NCBI GenBank assembly: GCA_963792675.1
Contig: CAWBWT010000008.1
Span: 771-64,770 of the forward strand
Source: an uncultured Alphaproteobacteria bacterium
GTDB taxonomy: Bacteria; Pseudomonadota; Alphaproteobacteria; Acetobacterales; Acetobacteraceae
Length of the DNA stretch: 64,000 nt
Direction: 5' to 3'
Both the position numbers and the translations under genes were made by a program. Below are positions 49,391-58,318 of the stretch, one piece after another. The notes below the pieces were generated by a model. The model worked only from the letters and a program-made list of their open reading frames with translations. It was not told the DNA's origin and ran no database searches. The stretch's first letter is position 1. Each line of letters begins with the position of its first letter.

Positions 49391-50395
49391 ATGCATGAAC
49401 ACGCACATGGCGGCATGAACCATCAAGCGACCGACGGCCTCCGCCTGCCGCTCGGCCACCTGCCCGGCTCCCGCTACCCCGACCCGCGCATCGAGGTGCT
49501 CGACCGCCGCTTCACCGCCCGCCAAGGCAACGCCGCCGTCGAGCGTATCGCCACCGGCTTCCGCTGGGCCGAGGGACCGGTCTGGTTCGCCGACGGCGGC
49601 TACCTGATCTGGAGCGACATCCCCAACAACCGCATGATGCGCTGGCTCGAGGACGACGGCCACGTCAGCGTGTTCCGCACCCCCAGCCACCACACCAACG
49701 GCAACACCCGCGACCGCGAGGGCCGCCTCGTCAGCTGCGAGCACGACACCCGACGCGTCACCCGAACCGAGCTGGACGGCAGCATCACCGTTCTGATGGA
49801 CGCGTTCTCCGGTAAGAAGCTGAACGGCCCCAACGACATCATCGTCGCCTCCGACGGCGCCGTCTGGTTCACCGACCCCGGCTACGGCATCGACGGCCCC
49901 TACGAAGGCCACGCCGCCCCGCACGAACTGCCCTGCAACGTCTACCGCCTCGACCCCGCCTCCGGCGCCGCCACCGTCGTCGCCGGCGACTTCACCCGCC
50001 CCAACGGCATCGCCTTCTCGCCCGACGAGCGCCTGCTCTACATCGTCGACACCGGCATCACCCATGGCGGCCCGTCGCACATCCGCGTCTTCGACGTGGA
50101 CGGTCCCCGCCTCGCAAACGGCCGCGTCTTCGCCGAGAACTTCGCCCCGGGCATGACCGACGGCATGCGCACCGACACCGAAGGCAACGTCTGGTGCAGC
50201 ATGGGTTGGAGCGACCCGGCCGAGGACGGCGTCCGCTGCTACGCCCCCGACGGCGACCTGATCGCCAAGATCCACCTGCCCGAAGGCTGCGCCAACCTGT
50301 GCTTCGGCGGCAAGAAGCGGAACCGCCTGTTCATGACCGCAAGCACCTCGGTCTACGCCCTCCACCTGAACCGCTGCGGCGCCCTGCGGCCCTGA
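49391..50395 (+). CDS. SMP-30/gluconolactonase/LRE family protein
   Basis: ...EGPVWFADGGYLIWSDIPNNRMMRW..., NGPNDIIVASDGAVWFTDPGYG and PNGIAFSPDERLLYIVDT. These are classic six-bladed lactonase motifs. Confidence 0.85.
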   Translation: MHEHAHGGMNHQATDGLRLPLGHLPGSRYPDPRIEVLDRRFTARQGNAAVERIATGFRWAEGPVWFADGGYLIWSDIPNNRMMRWLEDDGHVSVFRTPSHHTNGNTRDREGRLVSCEHDTRRVTRTELDGSITVLMDAFSGKKLNGPNDIIVASDGAVWFTDPGYGIDGPYEGHAAPHELPCNVYRLDPASGAATVVAGDFTRPNGIAFSPDERLLYIVDTGITHGGPSHIRVFDVDGPRLANGRVFAENFAPGMTDGMRTDTEGNVWCSMGWSDPAEDGVRCYAPDGDLIAKIHLPEGCANLCFGGKKRNRLFMTASTSVYALHLNRCGALRP

Positions 50396-50500
50396 GCCGC
50401 ACGCCGCACCCGCGCGCGCCTCCGTGGCCGAAGCGGTGCCGCCGTTGCTGCAAGCCTCGCAGGCACCGTCCGACGCGGTGCGGATGACCGGAATAAAGCC

Positions 50501-51613
50501 ATGACGACGCTGCGGCTGCTCGCCGACGACCTGACCGGCGCGCTCGACACGGCGGCCGAGTTCGTCGGCCTGACCGGCCCGATCCACGCCTTCTGGCAAG
50601 GCGCACGGCGAGAGACCGCACCGGCTGCGCTGCCCGCCAATGCCGCGCTCGACCTCGGCACCCGCGAAGCCGGGCGCGACGCCGCCGTCGCCGCCACCCT
50701 CGCCGCGGCGCCGCTGCTCGAGGGGGCCGGCATCGCCTTCAAGAAGATCGACAGCCTGATGCGCGGCCAGACCCTGCCCGAGCTGGCCGCCTGCTTCGTC
50801 GCCGGCCGCTGGACCCATGCCGCGCTGGCGCCCGCCTTCCCCTTCCAGGGCCGGGTCACCTGCAACGGGCAGCAATGGATGCGTTCGGGCGCCGACTGGG
50901 TCGCGGTCGGCCCGGATCTGATCACGGCCCTCCGTGAGCTGAACCTCGCCGCGCAACGAGCCGTGCCCGGCGCGTCCCTGGCGCCCGGAGTGAGCGTGTT
51001 CGACGCCGCCACCGACGCCGAGCTGGACGCCGCCGTCGCAGCCGCCGGTGGCACAAGCGCCCCGGTGCTCTGGTGCGGCACCGGCGGCCTGGCGCGGGCG
51101 CTGGCCGGCACCGCTCCCCCGGCCCTGCCGCCGCTGCCGCGCCCGGTGCTGGGACTGTTCGGCAGCGACCAGGCGGTGACCGCTTCCCAGCTGGCCGCCT
51201 GCGCCCCGCACTGGCACGCCGTGCCCGATGCCGGCCCCGCCGCCGCCGCCCGGCTCGCCGAAGCCCTCGACCGCCACGGCGTCGCACTCGCCAGCCACGA
51301 CCTGCCGCCCGGCCTCTCGCGCGCCGAAGCCGCCGGACGGATCGAGGCCGCGTTCCGCACCCTGGTCCAGCAACTGCCGAAGCCCGGCACGCTCGCGGTC
51401 GCCGGCGGCGAGACCCTGCGCGGCCTATGCCTGGCCCTCGGCGCCGCCAGCCTCGAAGTGCAGGGCCGCGCCGTGCCGGGCGTCCCCATTTCCATCCTGC
51501 GCGGCGGACCGTGGGACGGCGTCACCGTCGTCTCCAAGTCCGGCGCCTTCGGCCATCCCACCCTGCTGCGCGAGCTGCTGCGCCTCCCCGAACCCGAAAG
51601 GACCGCTCCATGA
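50501..51613 (+). CDS. Four-carbon acid-sugar kinase family protein (DUF1537 type)
   Basis: N-terminus MTTLRLLADDLTGALDTAAEF. ATGA overlap with the downstream PdxA-family gene, which is the usual pairing. Confidence 0.75.
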   Translation: MTTLRLLADDLTGALDTAAEFVGLTGPIHAFWQGARRETAPAALPANAALDLGTREAGRDAAVAATLAAAPLLEGAGIAFKKIDSLMRGQTLPELAACFVAGRWTHAALAPAFPFQGRVTCNGQQWMRSGADWVAVGPDLITALRELNLAAQRAVPGASLAPGVSVFDAATDAELDAAVAAAGGTSAPVLWCGTGGLARALAGTAPPALPPLPRPVLGLFGSDQAVTASQLAACAPHWHAVPDAGPAAAARLAEALDRHGVALASHDLPPGLSRAEAAGRIEAAFRTLVQQLPKPGTLAVAGGETLRGLCLALGAASLEVQGRAVPGVPISILRGGPWDGVTVVSKSGAFGHPTLLRELLRLPEPERTAP

Positions 51614-52671
51614 CCCCCCTTCCCCTCGCGATCACCATGGGCGACCCGGCCGGCATCGGACCCGAGATCATCGCCAAGGCCGCCGCCCGGCTGCGCCCGC
51701 GCCTCGAGAACGGCTCTCTGCGCCTCCTGGTGCTCGGCTCCTGCCCGGCGCTGGAACGGGCGCGCTCCCAGTTCACCCCGGACCTCGACATTGCCGAGGT
51801 CTCCGACGCGGACACGCAATGGCCGGCGTTGGCCATGATGCAAGCGGGCCCGGAAGGCGCGCCGATCGTGCCCGGCCAGCTCTCGGCCGATGGCGGCCGC
51901 TTCGCCTTCCAGGCGGTCGAGCGCGGCGTGCGCCTGGCGCAAGCCGGCCGGGTCGGCGGCATCGTCACCGCGCCCCTCAACAAGGAGGCGCTGAACCAGG
52001 CCGGCTACCACTACCCCGGCCACACCGAAATGCTGGCCGAGCTCACCGGCGTCCGCGGCTCCTGCATGATGCTGGCGCACGGCAACATGCGGGTCAGCCA
52101 CGTCACCACCCACATCGCGCTGGAGGACGTGCCGAAGCGCGCCACCCCCGAGCGCCTGCGCCGGGTGCTGGAGCTCACCCACGGCGCCCTCACCCGCCTC
52201 GGCCTCGGCCGGGCACGGATTGCGGTCGCGGCGCTGAACCCGCACGCCGGCGAGGGCGGGCTGTTCGGCCGCCACGACATCGACATCGCCGCCCCGGTCA
52301 TCGCCCAGGCGGTGGCGGACGGCATGGACGTGGTCGGCCCGGTGCCCGGCGACACCGTCTTCGTGAAGCTCCGCGCCGGCCAATACGACGCCGTGGTCGC
52401 CAACTACCACGACCAGGGGCACATCCCGGTCAAGCTGCTGGGCTTCGAGATCGATCCCGCCACCGGCAAGTGGAACGACCTGTCGGGCGTCAACATCACC
52501 CTCGGCCTGCCGATCATCCGCACCTCGGTCGACCACGGCACCGCCTTCGACATCGCCGGCCAAGGCATCGCCAACGAGCAAAGCCTGGTGGAGGCGATCG
52601 AATACGCCGAACGCTTGGCCGCCCCCGCCGCACAGGCCGCCCCCCAGACAGCCCCCCAGATAGCCCCCTAG
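51610..52671 (+). CDS. PdxA-family NAD-dependent dehydrogenase (4-hydroxythreonine-4-phosphate dehydrogenase-like; PdxA2-type by context)
   Basis: LAITMGDPAGIGPEI, ...GHTEMLAEL... and ...NPHAGEGGLFG...YHDQGHIP...SVDHGTAFDIAG. Confidence 0.85.
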   Translation: MTPLPLAITMGDPAGIGPEIIAKAAARLRPRLENGSLRLLVLGSCPALERARSQFTPDLDIAEVSDADTQWPALAMMQAGPEGAPIVPGQLSADGGRFAFQAVERGVRLAQAGRVGGIVTAPLNKEALNQAGYHYPGHTEMLAELTGVRGSCMMLAHGNMRVSHVTTHIALEDVPKRATPERLRRVLELTHGALTRLGLGRARIAVAALNPHAGEGGLFGRHDIDIAAPVIAQAVADGMDVVGPVPGDTVFVKLRAGQYDAVVANYHDQGHIPVKLLGFEIDPATGKWNDLSGVNITLGLPIIRTSVDHGTAFDIAGQGIANEQSLVEAIEYAERLAAPAAQAAPQTAPQIAP

Positions 52672-52712
52672 TCGGCCCCCTAGTCGGCCCCCTAGTCGGC
52701 CCCCCAGTCGGC
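52639..52712. repeat. Tandem 11-12-nt repeat (C5-6-[T/C]AG-[T/A]C[G/A]G). Three perfect copies of tagtcggccccc plus degenerate flanking copies.
   Basis: Read directly: ...cccccagacag ccccccagatag ccccctagtcgg ccccctagtcgg ccccctagtcgg ccccccagtcgg. The array straddles the stop codon (52669-52671) of the PdxA-family gene. Confidence 0.85.
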
Positions 52713-52769
52713 CGAACCATTCGGCGGCGCCTCGCTGTAACCGGTGCCGCTCGGCCCAAGCCTTCGTCG

Positions 52770-53837
52770 CTACCTCAGCCGGACGGCGGTCCCGCACGCC
52801 GCCGCCTGCTTCACGGCCTCGATCACGCGCAGGGTCTCCAACCCGTCCCGGCCCGAGACGACCGGCTTGGCGGTTCCGCGCACCACCTCGCACAGGTTGC
52901 GGACCTGAAGCGCGAACGGGTCCGCCCGCTCCGACGGCAGGCGCTCGCACTGCATCGGCTCCACCCAGCTCGGCTCCGCCTCGTGGCGCCACAGGTCGAG
53001 CGACGGGATCGCCAGCGACCCCAGCGTGCCGCCGATCATGGTGCAGGCCTCTCCGGTCGGCCGGAATGCCGGGTTCTCGTCGCTGGTCAACTCCCAGCTC
53101 CAAGGCGCCGCGATCGTGTCCGACACGGTCATCGTGCCGAGCACGCCGTTGGCGAACCGCAGCAGGATGACCGCGCTGTCCTCCACCTCGTGGCCGCGCA
53201 CGGCATTGCCCTCCAGCGCCAGCACCTCGACCACCTCGCCGCACAGAAACCGCAGCAGGTCCACGTCGTGGATCAGGTTCAGCAGCACCGGCCCGGCGCC
53301 CTTCTGCCGCCGCCAGGCCACGTCGAAATAGTCGTGCGGCTTGTGGAACCAGCAGAACCCGTGCACCGACACGAGCCGCCCGAGCCGTCCCGCCTCGATC
53401 GCCGTCTTGGCGTGCTGGACCAGCGGATTGTGCCGGCGATGATGGCCGGTCAGCAACGCAACGCCGGCCCGTTCCGCCGCCTCGACCAGCGCCGTGGCCC
53501 CCGCCACGTCGTCGGCGAGCGGCTTCTCGATCAACGCCGGCACGCCGGCGGCGATGATCTCAAGCCCGGCCGCCACATGGGTCTGGTTGGGCGTAGCAAT
53601 GATCGCGCCGTCGGGCCGCTGGTGGAGCAGCATCTCGGTCAGGCTCGGATACCAGGCCACGCCCCGTTCGGCCGCGAGCACGCGTCCCCCGTCGGCCGGA
53701 TCGACGACCGCGGCCAGCGTCGCGCCATCGTGCGCGATCACCTGCTCGAGGTGCCGCCTGCCGATGGTTCCGGCGCCGACCACGGCGATCCGGACCTGTG
53801 CCTCGGGCCGATTGCTCACGCGGCGGTGCCTTCCCAT
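52770..53837 (-). CDS. Gfo/Idh/MocA family oxidoreductase
   Basis: Rossmann N-terminus VRIAVVGAGTIGRRHLEQV and EKPLADDVAGATALVEAAERAGVALLTGHHRRHNP. I chose the start at ATG 53837; the ORF-track start 53897 adds 20 unlikely residues. Confidence 0.85.
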   Translation of the reverse strand: MGRHRRVSNRPEAQVRIAVVGAGTIGRRHLEQVIAHDGATLAAVVDPADGGRVLAAERGVAWYPSLTEMLLHQRPDGAIIATPNQTHVAAGLEIIAAGVPALIEKPLADDVAGATALVEAAERAGVALLTGHHRRHNPLVQHAKTAIEAGRLGRLVSVHGFCWFHKPHDYFDVAWRRQKGAGPVLLNLIHDVDLLRFLCGEVVEVLALEGNAVRGHEVEDSAVILLRFANGVLGTMTVSDTIAAPWSWELTSDENPAFRPTGEACTMIGGTLGSLAIPSLDLWRHEAEPSWVEPMQCERLPSERADPFALQVRNLCEVVRGTAKPVVSGRDGLETLRVIEAVKQAAACGTAVRLR

Positions 53838-53965
53838 CCAGCGATGTCGCGACCGTGCGACGGGCACGCTGATATCCCCGCCCGCCGCAACCGGCAATCA
53901 GCCCCCCGGGTCACCCCCGGGCGGCCGCGCAGCGCAGCGGCCGCCGACGCGGCGAACCGAACCAC

Positions 53966-55726
53966 TCAGACGACCCAGAACGCCGCCGTGAACAGCGCCA
54001 GCCCGACCGCCAGCCACGCCACGTAGTCGCCGACCGCGCCGCTATGCAGGGCGCCCAGCCCGGTAGCCAGCGGTCCGGTCACCCGCCCGACCACCGCCGT
54101 GACCGGGCCGGGCAGGTGCCGCTGCAGCAGGTCGAACGCCGCCAGCAGCAGCGCCAGGCCGACCGTCACCCAAGGCAGAACGCCGGGAGCATGGGTCGCG
54201 GCGCCCGCGGCCGCGCCGACCTGGTCGGCGGCATGCCGCGCGAGCGCGTCCGTGCGGCCGGTCGATCCCAACACCACGATGACCGGGACCGCGGCGCACG
54301 CCAGCATCAGCGGCAGCGGCCGATCGGCCTTCTCCTGCTCCTCGTTGGTCGGCGACCGCTCCTCGTCGCCGGCCACCGGGCCCCACCCGGCAAAGATACG
54401 GCCCGTCGCACGCAGCACTGCGCCACCCGTGGTGGCGCCGCCGAACGCCAGCACCGGCAGCAGCGCAGCATGGCCCCCCGCCACCGCCGACCCGGCCACG
54501 GCCGAAAGCCCGTCCTCCATCAGCCCGAGCGGCAGCCCGGCCAGCAGCAGCCCACCCGCCCCCATCACGACGCCCGCCGGCCAGTTCGGCCGTCCCCGGC
54601 CGCGCAACCCGATCTCGTCGACGCCGCCGCACGTCGCGAGCAGGATTCCCGCCACGGCGAACAGCGAAGCCTTCACCAGCCCATGCCCGGCCAGGTAGGC
54701 CAGCAACCCCGCCACACCCTCCCGGTCCCCCGCGGCCAGGCCGATCAGCAGCACGCCGGTGTGCGATACGGTGGAGAACGCCAGCATCCGCTTCAACTGC
54801 CGCTGCAGCAGCGCCATGGCCCCGCCCACCACCACGCTGACCGCCCCCATGCCGAGCAGCAGTGTGTGGGTCACCCGCATGGCGGCCGGGTCGCCGGCGA
54901 ACACGGTGAAGATCAGCCGCATCAGCCCGAATACGCCCAGCGCCACCATGGCGCCGGAAAAGATGACGGACACCGGGCTGGGCGCCACCGCATGGGCATC
55001 CGGCAGCCAGAAATGGAACGGCGCCTGCGCCGCCTTCACCAGCAGCCCGGCCGCCAGCAGCACGAAGGCCGCGTCCGCCACGATCGGGTTGCCGCCCGCA
55101 CCAACCGCGCGCCCGATCGACGCCATGTCCAGCGAACCGGCCAGCGCATACAGCAGCCCGATCCCGCCCAGGAACAGGTAGGAGCCGATCGTGTTCATCA
55201 CCGTGAAGTTGATTGCGCCCTCGAGCGGCGACGCCTTCAGCTCGTACCCGGTGAGCGCGAAGGCGGCGACGCTCATCACCTCGAACCAGACGAACATGTT
55301 GAACACGTCCCCCGTCAGGCAGAAGCCGATCATCGCCGCCATGAACAGCAGCATCAGCACCTGGAAATGCGCGTGCACCTCGTCGAAGTAGCTCCAGGCA
55401 AACAGCAGCGTGGTGGTGAACAGCCCGGCAATGAAGGTCGACACGCAAGCGCCGGCCAGGTCGACGCGGAACGAGATGCCGATCGCCTGCCCTGCCCGGG
55501 GCTCCCAGCCGCCGAACCAATAAACCATCGGCCCCTCGGCCGCCTGCACCCCGAGCAAGACGCAAGCGGCCGCCGCCGCGAGCGCGGTCAGAACCGCGAT
55601 CACGTCCGGTCCCCTCCGCGGCAGCAGCTTGCCCCCGGCCAGCAGCAATCCCGCCACCGCCAACGGCCCCGCCACTGGCCAAGGCGGTAAAGCCGCGAGC
55701 GACCAGTTCGGCAAAATCGCTAGCAC
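53966..55726 (-). CDS. mnhD: Mrp/Mnh antiporter subunit D (NuoL/M/N-type proton-conducting membrane subunit)
   Basis: About 14 or more TM segments. Sequence ...[47 protein letters not shown]... and ...[24 protein letters not shown].... Confidence 0.85.
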   Translation of the reverse strand: MLAILPNWSLAALPPWPVAGPLAVAGLLLAGGKLLPRRGPDVIAVLTALAAAAACVLLGVQAAEGPMVYWFGGWEPRAGQAIGISFRVDLAGACVSTFIAGLFTTTLLFAWSYFDEVHAHFQVLMLLFMAAMIGFCLTGDVFNMFVWFEVMSVAAFALTGYELKASPLEGAINFTVMNTIGSYLFLGGIGLLYALAGSLDMASIGRAVGAGGNPIVADAAFVLLAAGLLVKAAQAPFHFWLPDAHAVAPSPVSVIFSGAMVALGVFGLMRLIFTVFAGDPAAMRVTHTLLLGMGAVSVVVGGAMALLQRQLKRMLAFSTVSHTGVLLIGLAAGDREGVAGLLAYLAGHGLVKASLFAVAGILLATCGGVDEIGLRGRGRPNWPAGVVMGAGGLLLAGLPLGLMEDGLSAVAGSAVAGGHAALLPVLAFGGATTGGAVLRATGRIFAGWGPVAGDEERSPTNEEQEKADRPLPLMLACAAVPVIVVLGSTGRTDALARHAADQVGAAAGAATHAPGVLPWVTVGLALLLAAFDLLQRHLPGPVTAVVGRVTGPLATGLGALHSGAVGDYVAWLAVGLALFTAAFWVV

Positions 55727-55745
55727 CAGTTCGGCAGCGCCGCCG

Positions 55746-56105
55746 TCACTTCGGACGCATCGGACGCAGCTCCTCCGGGTCGAGCGTGCCGCGGCGCTTA
55801 TGCAGCTGCATCACCAGCGCCAGCAGCAGGGCGGTGACGGTCGCGCCCACCACCACGTCCGTCAGCACCAGCGCATGCGTGACCGGGTCCACCGCCGGGG
55901 TGCCCGGCGGCTTGGTGTAGAAGATCGGCGCAATCCCGCCGGTCCGGAACCCCACCGACAGCAGCAGCACGTAGGTCGCCGCCTGCACCACCGACAGGCA
56001 GCCGATCAGGTGCACCGCATTGCGGCTGGTAACGACGCCATACAACCCGACCCCAAGCAGCCAGGCGGCAGCCAACCAGGGCAACATGTCCACCAAACCC
56101 GTCAT
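55746..56105 (-). CDS. mnhC: Mrp/Mnh antiporter subunit C (NuoK-like)
   Basis: 119 aa with 3 TM segments: ...[29 protein letters not shown].... ATGA overlap with mnhB. Confidence 0.8.
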   Translation of the reverse strand: MTGLVDMLPWLAAAWLLGVGLYGVVTSRNAVHLIGCLSVVQAATYVLLLSVGFRTGGIAPIFYTKPPGTPAVDPVTHALVLTDVVVGATVTALLLALVMQLHKRRGTLDPEELRPMRPK

Positions 56106-56863
56106 GACGCGTCCTCCGCCGGCACCACCCGCGTCTCCTCCAGGAATTCAATGAACACCACAGCGAACCCGCCGAACACGGCCAAGGTGACGCCCGCATT
56201 CTCCACCAGCATGAGGCCGCCGGAGAACAGGTCGCCCGGCGTGCCGAGCGGCAGCATGTTCTGCCCGAACGGCAGGCCGAGCAGGACCCCGGCAAACCCG
56301 CACAACACGTAAAGCGTGGCGCCCAGCCCCTCGCAGGCGTCGGCGGCGGCCGATTGCGCCAGGCGGCGCCAGCCCGCATAGCCGTCGCCCAGGAACACCA
56401 GCAGTAAGCCGGACGCCAGCATGACGCCGCCCTGGAACCCGCCGCCGGGCGTGGTCATGGCATGCAGCGCCACATACAGCCCGAACAGCAGCAGCACGCC
56501 CGCGCCCATCCGGCCGGCCACCACGATCGCGTCCGTGCGAGGCAAGACCGGACGATGCCCGGTGCGACCCGGCCGGGCGCTCCGCTGCTCGCCGCGCTGC
56601 CCGCGCAGCAGCACGGTCACCCCGGTCACCGCGCACAGCAGCATGAATTCCTCGCCCAGCGTGTCGAAGCCGCGGTAATCGAAATTGACCGCGCTCGTCA
56701 TGTTGGTGACGTGGCGCTCGGGCGGTGCCGCGGCATTGATCGCGTCGCCATACGGCAACGGGTGCGCGCCGAAGCCGGGCATGTGCGCCGCCACCCGCAC
56801 GACGCCGGGCAGCACGATCAGGACCGCGGCGGCGAACAGCACCAGCCGGATCCGCGGGCTCAT
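56102..56863 (-). CDS. mnhB: Mrp/Mnh antiporter subunit B
   Basis: Start ATG at 56863 (MSPRIRLVLF...). MnhB motif SAVNFDYRGFDTLGEEFMLLCAVTGV. The ORF-track N-terminal extension is rejected. Confidence 0.8.
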   Translation of the reverse strand: MSPRIRLVLFAAAVLIVLPGVVRVAAHMPGFGAHPLPYGDAINAAAPPERHVTNMTSAVNFDYRGFDTLGEEFMLLCAVTGVTVLLRGQRGEQRSARPGRTGHRPVLPRTDAIVVAGRMGAGVLLLFGLYVALHAMTTPGGGFQGGVMLASGLLLVFLGDGYAGWRRLAQSAAADACEGLGATLYVLCGFAGVLLGLPFGQNMLPLGTPGDLFSGGLMLVENAGVTLAVFGGFAVVFIEFLEETRVVPAEDAS

Positions 56864-56883
56864 GCCGCGCGGCGTCTCCGCCG

Positions 56884-57144
56884 TCACTCCCGCTCGTCTC
56901 CGCGCGGCCCAGGATCCATCTGGATCGAGGCCAGCACCACCAGGAACAGCAGCGGCAAGGCCGCGGTCCCGACCGCAATCTCGGCGAACGCGACGTCCGG
57001 CGCCTGCAGCGCCATGAACAGCAGGGCCAGCGCCATGCCGTTCGCCGACATGGCCAGCACCTGCCGGCGCGGCGTGCGCGACAGCGCGACCCCGGTGCCG
57101 GTGACGGCCACCAGGACGAACAGCAGGGCCAGCAGCGCCGTCAC
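56884..57144 (-). CDS. DUF4040 / MbhD-like small membrane protein (equivalent to the MrpA C-terminal segment)
   Basis: The GTG start at 57144 forms a GTGA overlap with the mnhG stop. 86 aa with 3 TM segments and the motif ...ALQAPDVAFAEIAVGTA.... Confidence 0.65.
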   Translation of the reverse strand: MTALLALLFVLVAVTGTGVALSRTPRRQVLAMSANGMALALLFMALQAPDVAFAEIAVGTAALPLLFLVVLASIQMDPGPRGDERE

Positions 57145-57437
57145 CGCGGCCCGAGCGACCGGAAGCGCTCCCGATACAGCAACGCCCGCCCGGCCGCGTG
57201 CGACAGCGCCGCCCCGCCCACCACCCCGGCCAGAACGGTCGCCAGCACCTTCCAGGACCGGACCGACGGCCCGTCCGCCGCAAACGCCGCCGCCGCCAGC
57301 ACCGCCCCGGCCGCCACGTTGACGAAGGCCGCGCAGTGCAGCCGGTCGAGCGGCGTCCGCAGCCGCACGAACCCCAGGCAGCCGAGCCACGTCACCGCGA
57401 CCAGCAAGCCCAGCAGCCCGTCCACCACCAGCGTCAC
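57141..57437 (-). CDS. mnhG: Mrp/Mnh antiporter subunit G
   Basis: The GTG start at 57437 forms a GTGA overlap with the mnhF stop. Motif WLGCLGFVRLRTPLDRLHCAAFVNVAG. Confidence 0.7.
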   Translation of the reverse strand: MTLVVDGLLGLLVAVTWLGCLGFVRLRTPLDRLHCAAFVNVAAGAVLAAAAFAADGPSVRSWKVLATVLAGVVGGAALSHAAGRALLYRERFRSLGPR

Positions 57438-57685
57438 AGCCAACGTTCCAAGAACAGCGCCAGCGCCAGCGTGCCCGGCACCGTCAGCAGCGGCACCGCA
57501 AGCGCGAGGTCGATGAACGAGCTCTGGTCGAACGCGAAGGTCATCAGCGCGAGCACGATCGTGAACACGCTGCTCGCCAGTTGCACCGCCGCCAGCCGGT
57601 CGCCCGAGCTGCCGCGGCACGCCGCCACCGCCGGGATCGCAAACGCCGGCACCAACGCCACCGCCGCCAACTCCCAACCCGTCAC
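57434..57685 (-). CDS. mnhF: Mrp/Mnh antiporter subunit F
   Basis: The GTG start at 57685 forms a GTGA overlap with the mnhE stop. 83 aa: ...GDRLAAVQLASSVFTIVLALMTFAFDQSSFIDLALAVPLL.... Confidence 0.7.
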   Translation of the reverse strand: MTGWELAAVALVPAFAIPAVAACRGSSGDRLAAVQLASSVFTIVLALMTFAFDQSSFIDLALAVPLLTVPGTLALALFLERWL

Positions 57686-58167
57686 GCCGGCCAGTCCGCG
57701 CCGGACACCGGCGAGGCCGGCGCCAACCGATGCAGCAGAAGCCCGTGCTCCGCCTCCGGCAAGGCCGACGGCCGCACATCCAGCACGAAGCCGTTCGGCG
57801 CCAGCGACGTCGCGAGCGTCACCAGCGCCCGCCGCCCGGCGTCGCTCGACCGGACGCCGCCCGGCCGGAACGCCTGCCAACTCTCCGCGCCGCTCATACC
57901 GCCCGCCAGCGCACCCACCAGCGCCGCGCCGACCCGCCACGTATCCGTCACCAGGCTCGCCAGCACGCTCGCCGCCCACCGCCCAGGCGGCACCGGCAGC
58001 ATCACGCCACGCGCCCCCCGCAACCGCTCGATTGTCATGAACCCGGCCGATACACCCGCCGCCGCCACCCCAGCGACGCTCTCCGTCCAACTCAGGCTGC
58101 CGGCCAGCAGCAAGTAGGCGGGCAGCAAGGCCCCGAACGACAGGAGGGCAAACCAGGCGATCGACAT
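57682..58167 (-). CDS. mnhE: Mrp/Mnh antiporter subunit E
   Basis: 161 aa. Two N-terminal TM segments and the C-terminal ...ALVTLATSLAPNGFVLDV...GLLLHRL, a MnhE-type signature. Confidence 0.7.
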   Translation of the reverse strand: MSIAWFALLSFGALLPAYLLLAGSLSWTESVAGVAAAGVSAGFMTIERLRGARGVMLPVPPGRWAASVLASLVTDTWRVGAALVGALAGGMSGAESWQAFRPGGVRSSDAGRRALVTLATSLAPNGFVLDVRPSALPEAEHGLLLHRLAPASPVSGADWPA

Positions 58168-58191
58168 CCGCTCCGCTCCCAGCGGCGGGAT

Positions 58192-58268
58192 TGGCGGACC
58201 CGAGACGATTCGAACGTCCGGCCTTTGCCTTCGGAGGGCAACGCTCTATCCAGCTGAGCTACGGGTCC
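58192..58268 (-). tRNA. tRNA-Arg (anticodon CCG), 77 nt including the encoded CCA
   Basis: Folded by hand from GGACCCGTAGCTCAGCTGGATAGAGCGTTGCCCTCCGAAGGCAAAGGCCGGACGTTCGAATCGTCTCGGGTCCGCCA. Acceptor stem 7 bp, D-stem GCTC/GAGC, anticodon stem TTGCC/GGCAA with loop CTCCGAA, T-stem GGACG/CGTCT, T-loop TTCGAAT. Confidence 0.95.
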
Positions 58269-58318
58269 AACGCCGCCCTCTTAGCGCGTCGGGCCCGCCC
58301 TGCCAAGCCGCCCCACCG

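Noticed and set aside
52639-52712. Possible CRISPR array or other spaced repeat.
   Set aside because: The repeats are only 11-12 nt, directly tandem with no spacers, and no cas genes are present. This is a microsatellite-like tandem repeat.
58192-58268. tRNA-Arg as the integration site of the low-GC island.
   Set aside because: The island begins about 4.2 kb away. Conserved high-GC housekeeping genes (hydrolase, zinc-finger protein, polA) lie in between. No integrase or tRNA 3'-end direct repeat is visible next to the tRNA.
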